64,000 bases of DNA, from contig JABJOX010000004.1 in assembly GCA_018664115.1 (NCBI GenBank), forward strand, positions 10,089 through 74,088. Direction: 5' to 3'. Of this stretch, positions 58,351 through 64,000 are shown one piece after another. Origin of the DNA: Candidatus Woesearchaeota archaeon. GTDB lineage: Archaea; Nanobdellota; Nanobdellia; Woesearchaeales; GW2011-AR9. Both the position numbers and the translations under genes were made by a program. The number at the start of each line of letters is the position of its first letter. Within the stretch, counting starts at the first letter, position 1. The notes beneath the pieces were generated by a model. It had not been told where the DNA came from. It worked only from the letters and a program-made list of their open reading frames with translations, and ran no database searches.

Positions 58351-59493
58351 TTAAACTATTTTTTTAATCAATTTTTCGTTTCTAATGTTGCTTTCATCAA
58401 GATGACCGCCTTTCTTTTTTATTTCTTTCATATTTTTAAATTCAAAACCTAAGTCTCCACTGACAACTTCCCGACCACTAATTTTAACTTTTATTGTTTT
58501 TCTCCTATCGCCATCAAAACATTCAGTGCAAGCTTTTAACTTTAATCTTTCACTTTTTAATATTAATTTACGAACTTCTTTTAATTCTTTGCCGAGCCAT
58601 ATTTCTTTAATTGTTTGTTTATTTAAATCTCCAACATAATTACGATCATTGAAATCATTAATGCATTGAACAACTTTACCATTCCAGCAAATAACCATCC
58701 TTTGCCAAGGTACTGGGCAAAAGTAGTAAGGATTTTGATCTTTATTTTTAAGACTATGATCTTGTGTATCATTAACAGCAATTTCATCAACTATTGGGCC
58801 TAATGCATTATAAAACTCTTCAGGATTGTCTTTTATTGCTGAAAATACTGATTGAACTTTTAGAATTGGTTTTTTGGTTCCTTTTTCTTTTTTAATTCTT
58901 TGAATAGTTTTTAATCTTTTTAAAGATTCTTCATATTTAGCAGGGTCTCTGATGGCTTCATAAACTTTACCAGTGCCATCAAAGGAATTTGTAATCCAAT
59001 CAACTCCAGCGTCTACTAGTTTTCTAGACATTTCTTCACTCATATTTAGACCATTTGTAAGGAAAGAAACTTCTTTAATGCCTTTTATTTTAGCATATTT
59101 TATCATATCAACCACTTTTGGATGAATTAGGGGCTCACCCCTCCAACTGAGACGGATAGAATAAACTTTATTTTTTGATGCTTCATCAATAATCTTAGTA
59201 AATAATTCCCACCTCATAAAACCCATTGTTTTATCTTTAAAATTAAATTGTTTTTTCCAGATATTATCTCTATAACACATTGGACATTTCATATTACATG
59301 AATTTGTTGTTTCGAGATCTAAATGGTCTGGGAATTTAGGTAAAATTTTTAATTTTGGATAGATATGCCACTTAATCCTGTTTTTTATAAAAGGAATCAT
59401 GTGGCCTCTACCTCTATTGATAATAAATTTAAGTTTAGTTTTCCAATCAGTAACACTATATTGCATTGAGTGTTTTTTATTATTTATATCCAT
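58351..59493 (-). CDS. Radical SAM protein with SPASM domain
   Basis: ETTNSCNMKCPMC, RGEPL.HP, TNG, SFDG; CPVPW...G.VVQC..D...CTEC. Confidence 0.9.
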   Translation of the reverse strand: MDINNKKHSMQYSVTDWKTKLKFIINRGRGHMIPFIKNRIKWHIYPKLKILPKFPDHLDLETTNSCNMKCPMCYRDNIWKKQFNFKDKTMGFMRWELFTKIIDEASKNKVYSIRLSWRGEPLIHPKVVDMIKYAKIKGIKEVSFLTNGLNMSEEMSRKLVDAGVDWITNSFDGTGKVYEAIRDPAKYEESLKRLKTIQRIKKEKGTKKPILKVQSVFSAIKDNPEEFYNALGPIVDEIAVNDTQDHSLKNKDQNPYYFCPVPWQRMVICWNGKVVQCINDFNDRNYVGDLNKQTIKEIWLGKELKEVRKLILKSERLKLKACTECFDGDRRKTIKVKISGREVVSGDLGFEFKNMKEIKKKGGHLDESNIRNEKLIKKIV

Positions 59494-59575
59494 TTGATAT
59501 TAACTTCCATATTAATGATTTTATTACTTTGATTGTTTAGGTTTTACTTATAAAAGTTGTTGAAAAATACTTTTT

Positions 59576-59935
59576 TTAAATTTCATTCTCTTTGATAAAA
59601 ACAACTTTAGTTCCAATACTCTTTTCAATTTGTTTTTTCCGTTGAAGTAAAGCATCAAGAATAGGTTGTTCATATTTTTCACTATAAATTTTCATGAAAA
59701 TTGGGCTTGGTTGTCTAGAGTTAGTTATTACATTTCGGAGATGAAACAAATCTTTTTCAGTTTCTCCTTTTTTTTTGAGAAAGTAGCAAGGGCGACCCGA
59801 TCCAAACAACTTTTTTTCCACTTTAGTTTTAATTTCGATTCTAAGTGTTTTTTCAACTTCAGATGAAAATTCATTTAAGATTGTTAAAAATTTTATATTT
59901 TTTTCTTTTAGTTCATTTAATTCTTTAAATGTCAT
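59576..59935 (-). CDS. Hypothetical protein (119 aa)
   Basis: ATGA-type overlap with the upstream methyltransferase; no motif recognised. Confidence 0.55.
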   Translation of the reverse strand: MTFKELNELKEKNIKFLTILNEFSSEVEKTLRIEIKTKVEKKLFGSGRPCYFLKKKGETEKDLFHLRNVITNSRQPSPIFMKIYSEKYEQPILDALLQRKKQIEKSIGTKVVFIKENEI

Positions 59936-61050
59936 ATTGTCACCTTTTTGGCTTTAAGTATCATGAAGCCACCTTCTAGGTCTTCTATTTTATCTAAATA
60001 TACTTCAAACATTTTTTTAATAACCGGTATCCATATTTCTTTCATAGTTTTTCCTAAATCTTTATTTTTGTATTCATCATATTTTTTTATAATATCTACA
60101 GAGAAAGCTCTAGTCCCAATATCAAAGAGTTTAATGAGGTCAGGAGAGGCATAGGTAATTACTTTTTCTAAAATAAATCCTGCTCTTTGTAATTCATCTT
60201 TCCATTCTTCTAGTGACTTTTGGGTTGCGCTATAAACAGATCTTCCACGATCATAATTTACAAACAGTTGTGCTTTTTTTAGATCATTTTTTTCTTCTAA
60301 CTTTTTAGCTTCATTAATGAAGAAAAGATTTTTTTTAAATTTGTTATTTGGGGTTGTTAGGATAAGTTGGCCATCTTTTTGTAGGACTCTATTCACTTCT
60401 TTTAGGATTGGTTGTACATTTTCAAAATCTTTTATTACATTTGAATATACTGTTCTGAATGTTTTTGAAAGATAAGGTAAGTTATGGATGTCACCTTCTA
60501 ATATCTCTTTATACGTATTAAGCATTTGAGCTTTTTTTACTAAACTTTTTTTGATATCAATGCCGGAAGAAATTTTCTCCTCAATTTGATTGGTTAAAAT
60601 AGGGTGATATTCTTCTCCAACGTTATCATAAATATCTTTTTTGTCTAGTTTTACACCCTGAAATGTATCAAACTCTAAAGAAAATTTGTTTCCCTTTGCA
60701 ATTGATAAATTAATCCCATCCCCACATCCGAGATCTAGTAGTGGTTCTTGTAAACAATCCCACTCTTTAAGTATTTCTGCTTCAATTGTTCTCCAAACAG
60801 CTGTTTCTGGACGAAGCCAGTAGACATTAAGATACTGGTCAAAGAAAAGTGAATCAATGATTTGTTTTTTCTTTTCAATTACTTTTTTTTTCTTTTTAGC
60901 AACAACATTCAATAACAATGAAAGAATGAAATCCTTATCTTCTTCAGTATAATCTGAAATTTTTCGAATATTTACTGGACTAACACATTTCTTACAGAAA
61001 AGAACAGTGTTTTCATTTTCTTCTTCACAAACCGAACATTTTTCAAGCAT
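59932..61050 (-). CDS. Class I SAM methyltransferase with N-terminal zinc ribbon
   Basis: CSVC...FCKKC; LLDLGCGDG, GIDI, GDIHNLP, RVL..DG.L.LTTP. Confidence 0.85.
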   Translation of the reverse strand: MLEKCSVCEEENENTVLFCKKCVSPVNIRKISDYTEEDKDFILSLLLNVVAKKKKKVIEKKKQIIDSLFFDQYLNVYWLRPETAVWRTIEAEILKEWDCLQEPLLDLGCGDGINLSIAKGNKFSLEFDTFQGVKLDKKDIYDNVGEEYHPILTNQIEEKISSGIDIKKSLVKKAQMLNTYKEILEGDIHNLPYLSKTFRTVYSNVIKDFENVQPILKEVNRVLQKDGQLILTTPNNKFKKNLFFINEAKKLEEKNDLKKAQLFVNYDRGRSVYSATQKSLEEWKDELQRAGFILEKVITYASPDLIKLFDIGTRAFSVDIIKKYDEYKNKDLGKTMKEIWIPVIKKMFEVYLDKIEDLEGGFMILKAKKVTI

Positions 61051-62620
61051 CTTCTCTTCCTCTTTGCATAAACTCTTTAATCGAATTAATTATTAAATCT
61101 AATTCTTCTTTAGGTATTCCCGGATACATTGGTAATGTTAAAATTCTGTTTGATATCTCTTCAGTTTTTGGAAGTTCCCCTTTTTTACATTTTTTTTTTT
61201 GATAAAATTTTGTAAGATGAATTGGTGAATAATAAATTCTGCTCATTATTTTATTTTCTGTCAAATGTTTTTGTAATTTGTCTCTGTTTTCTTTATTTTT
61301 TAATTTGATGGTGTACATTTGATAAAAATGATTAGAATTTAAATATGGTTTTGGAACTTCAATATCTTTAAACTCACTTAATTTTTGATTTAGATATGAT
61401 GCGCTACTAATTCTTGATTGCATAATTTCATTGAAATGATTAAGTTGTGATGACCCTAATGCAGCATTCATTGAAGACATACGAAAATTATGCCCCACTT
61501 CAAGATATTCCATCTCATCAGTTGTAGAAAAATAATCTTGACCATTATCAACTCTTCCATGGGATCGTATAAGTTTCATTTTTTCGTATAGATGTTGAGA
61601 ATCAGTAATAACTGCTCCCCCTTCACCAGTTGTAATTAGCTTGTTTTGACAGAAACTTAAGATTGATGCAATACCAAAAGTTCCGCACAATTTTCCATTT
61701 TTTCTGACACCCAATGAATGAGCATTATCTTCTAAGAGATGGATGTTATGTTTGTTTGCAATTTCTTTTAATTTCTCAATATCTTTTGAAACGCCACCAG
61801 CGTAATGTAAAGCTACAATTGCTTTGGTGTTTGCTGTAATCTTTCTTTCAACATCTTCTGCATCCAATCCTAATGTTTCTTCTTCAGACTCGGCAAATAT
61901 TGGAATTCCTCCAGCAAGAATAATGGCATTAGCAGTGGCAATAAATGTAAATGAAGGTACAATAACTTCTTTTCCTTCAACTCCAATTGCTTTATACATC
62001 GCAAAGAGGGCAGAAGTGCCAGAATTGAATGTTAAAGCATATTTGACTCCATTAAATTCAGCTAATTTTTTTTCAAATTCTTCTATTTCCGGTCCTGCAG
62101 CCCAATGCGTCCCTCTTCTGATTACTTTATTTACGGCTTCTACATTATCTTCTGACCATTCTGTTTTGAACAAAGGAATCTTCCATTGATTTGTTTTTTT
62201 AATTTCTCCCCCATTATTGTTGTTCATTATTTTTTTCAAAAATTTAGCAGGGCTACCAATCCAAACTTCATTTGCAGGAATATCTTTATTAACAAAACTC
62301 ATTGCCCCAACGATAGAATTCTCTCCTATAGTGATTCCTGGCATGACCACGCAATGTGAACCTAATGAACTATTTTTTTCTAAAATTATTTTTCCTTTTT
62401 TATTGTCAATATCTGTTCTTGAATAAAGTGAACAATGTGAACCAATCTTGACATTTTCCCCAATGGAAATACTTTCAGAAGCATCAAGTAATGAAAAAGC
62501 CCCAATGTCGGTGTTTCTACTTAATTTTAAGTTCTCTTTATGAAGCACTAACCAATTATATTTATTAAGTTCTCTATTTTTTATCTCTGGTTGTTGCCAA
62601 TTATTGTTTTCGTCATCCAT
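61043..62620 (-). CDS. Fusion: LbH acyltransferase + DegT/DnrJ aminotransferase
   Basis: N-terminal IGENVKIGSHC...IGENSIVGAMSFV.KDIP...GSPAK; C-terminal NSGTSAL, PSFTFIAT, EDNAH, SFCQNKLITTGEGG. Confidence 0.9.
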   Translation of the reverse strand: MDDENNNWQQPEIKNRELNKYNWLVLHKENLKLSRNTDIGAFSLLDASESISIGENVKIGSHCSLYSRTDIDNKKGKIILEKNSSLGSHCVVMPGITIGENSIVGAMSFVNKDIPANEVWIGSPAKFLKKIMNNNNGGEIKKTNQWKIPLFKTEWSEDNVEAVNKVIRRGTHWAAGPEIEEFEKKLAEFNGVKYALTFNSGTSALFAMYKAIGVEGKEVIVPSFTFIATANAIILAGGIPIFAESEEETLGLDAEDVERKITANTKAIVALHYAGGVSKDIEKLKEIANKHNIHLLEDNAHSLGVRKNGKLCGTFGIASILSFCQNKLITTGEGGAVITDSQHLYEKMKLIRSHGRVDNGQDYFSTTDEMEYLEVGHNFRMSSMNAALGSSQLNHFNEIMQSRISSASYLNQKLSEFKDIEVPKPYLNSNHFYQMYTIKLKNKENRDKLQKHLTENKIMSRIYYSPIHLTKFYQKKKCKKGELPKTEEISNRILTLPMYPGIPKEELDLIINSIKEFMQRGREDA

Positions 62621-62622
62621 TT

Positions 62623-63561
62623 TTAATAATTCTCCGGATTTGAAGCAATTTCTTTTGCTACTTGAGTTAATCCATCTTTAACATTTACCTTCGCTTTAAA
62701 TCCCAATAATTGTTCAGCTTTAGTAGTATCTGCTTGTCTTCTGGTAACTAATACTTCACGATCTCTAAAAATGGGTTGGATATCTTTGTCAAGTGCTTGG
62801 ATAATTATTTGTGCTAGTTGTGCTATAGATGTACTGATGCCAGTTCCTACATTGAAAACTTCATTGACTGCTTCAGATTCCATGGCGGCAATATTGGTTT
62901 GAACAACATCTGAGACATGAGTAAAATCCATTGATTGATTTCCTTTACCATCGATTATTGGTGACTCATTATTTATAATTCTCTGGATAAAATGAGTTAC
63001 AACAGTAGTATAATAAGCATGAGCAGCTTGTCTTTCTCCGTAAACATTATAGTAACGTAAGGAATTGTATTTTAATCCTTTTGTTGCTAAATGTTGAAGT
63101 AAATGTTCACAATATAATTTTGCAGCCCCATATGGTTCTTTAGGATAAAGTTGGTCCTCCTCGTGCATAGGTAATCTCTTTGGGTCACCATAAACGCTTG
63201 ATGAAGAAGAGAAAATAACTCTTTTCACACCATGATCAAGGGCAGATTTAAAGATGTTATAAGAACCTTGAATGTTAACTCCTAAACAATCATCTGGAGA
63301 TTTTACACTCGCTTGAATATGAATTGCTGCTGTATGAAAAACATAATCAACGTTTTTCATAGCTAAATCTACAATGTCTTTGTTCCTAATATCTCCTTCA
63401 ATAAATTCTACTTTCCCTTCATCAATTAAATATTGTATAGTTGACTTCTTTCCTTTTATTAATGAGTCCAAAACTTTTACATTTATTCCTTTTTTAACTA
63501 AAGCTTCAACTAAATGACTGCCTATAAAACCAGCCCCTCCTGTTACTAATGCTGCTGTCAT
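62623..63561 (-). CDS. NAD-dependent epimerase/dehydratase (extended SDR)
   Basis: VTGGAGFIGSHL, SSSSVYG, YGAAK, RYYNVYG, DFTHV, FNVGTG. Confidence 0.92.
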   Translation of the reverse strand: MTAALVTGGAGFIGSHLVEALVKKGINVKVLDSLIKGKKSTIQYLIDEGKVEFIEGDIRNKDIVDLAMKNVDYVFHTAAIHIQASVKSPDDCLGVNIQGSYNIFKSALDHGVKRVIFSSSSSVYGDPKRLPMHEEDQLYPKEPYGAAKLYCEHLLQHLATKGLKYNSLRYYNVYGERQAAHAYYTTVVTHFIQRIINNESPIIDGKGNQSMDFTHVSDVVQTNIAAMESEAVNEVFNVGTGISTSIAQLAQIIIQALDKDIQPIFRDREVLVTRRQADTTKAEQLLGFKAKVNVKDGLTQVAKEIASNPENY

Positions 63562-64000
63562 ATTATCACCCTCTTAATATTATATAATGATTCTTCCAAC
63601 GGTTTGAAAATAAAACCGCATTCTTGTTCTGTAAAAGTACAATCTAATGAATTGTTCTTAGACCGATAACTTTTTTCTTCACTTTTTTTTATAATCACTA
63701 AATTAGTATTAAAACTAAAAAATTTAGCTACCTCTATAGTAAAATCATAAATAGACCTCGTTTTTCCTCCTGCATGAAAAATTCCTGTTTTCTCTTTTTC
63801 AATAATGTTTTTTGTAAGTAGTGCCACATCTTGTACAAAAACTGGACTTTTAATCTGGTCAAAGTGAGCTGTAAATATATCTCCTACTGAGAGCGCATCA
63901 TAAATATAATTAAAAATGGTTTTGTGTTGATATTTTTTTGGTAATCCAAAAATAAGGCACGGCCTTATAATCACATGATTCTTCAATTTTCTAATTATAT
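63558..64000 (-). CDS. dTDP-4-dehydrorhamnose reductase (RmlD)-like SDR, C-terminal part (5' end beyond window)
   Basis: IIRP..IFG, DQIKSP.FV.D.A, GIFH..G, R...SLD; frame open to the window end. Confidence 0.75.
   Translation of the reverse strand, partial: IIRKLKNHVIIRPCLIFGLPKKYQHKTIFNYIYDALSVGDIFTAHFDQIKSPVFVQDVALLTKNIIEKEKTGIFHAGGKTRSIYDFTIEVAKFFSFNTNLVIIKKSEEKSYRSKNNSLDCTFTEQECGFIFKPLEESLYNIKRVII

Noticed and set aside
61190-61200. T11 homopolymer (A11 on coding strand) and other A/T runs as phase-variation sites
   Set aside because: Frame is intact and A/T runs are expected in DNA this AT-rich; no long poly-G/C tracts seen.

Overview
AT-rich archaeal DNA, most likely from a DPANN archaeon (Woesearchaeota-like). 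This rests on a type II methionine aminopeptidase, an archaeal/eukaryotic-type HisRS, a stand-alone 5S rRNA, BRE-TATA promoters about 22-27 nt before start codons and GGTGA ribosome-binding sites; the exact lineage is inference. After a short housekeeping stretch (hisS, map, 5S rRNA, 2-oxoacid:ferredoxin oxidoreductase), about 56 kb forms one mosaic cell-surface glycan biosynthesis and modification locus: GT2/GT4/GT-C glycosyltransferases, two flippases, GDP-mannose/perosamine, branched-sugar and nonulosonic-acid modules, several methyltransferases and three radical SAM enzymes. The most striking part is at about 15-29.4 kb. It holds (i) a 1515-aa protein fusing an AbrB-like N-terminus, an HxGH cytidylyltransferase, a Cj1418 (glutamine kinase)-like ATP-grasp domain, a helical domain, a phosphohistidine domain, a second PPDK-type ATP-grasp domain and a Cj1416/LicC-like cytidylyltransferase, followed by a Cj1417-like C26 hydrolase, which suggests an archaeal phosphoramidate-type pathway; (ii) a pyruvate kinase-ATP sulfurylase-APS kinase triple fusion near a sulfotransferase; and (iii) two CDP-alcohol phosphotransferases and a divergent cytidylate kinase. 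A 5-formyl-THF cyclo-ligase-FolD fusion lies near a formyltransferase, so the locus appears to carry its own donor-supply enzymes. Features missed by the ORF track include the 5S rRNA, a decayed IS integrase, a likely ATA start codon, a candidate operator palindrome and a (TAA)8 stop-codon run. All functions are assigned from motifs recognised by eye; no database searches were run.
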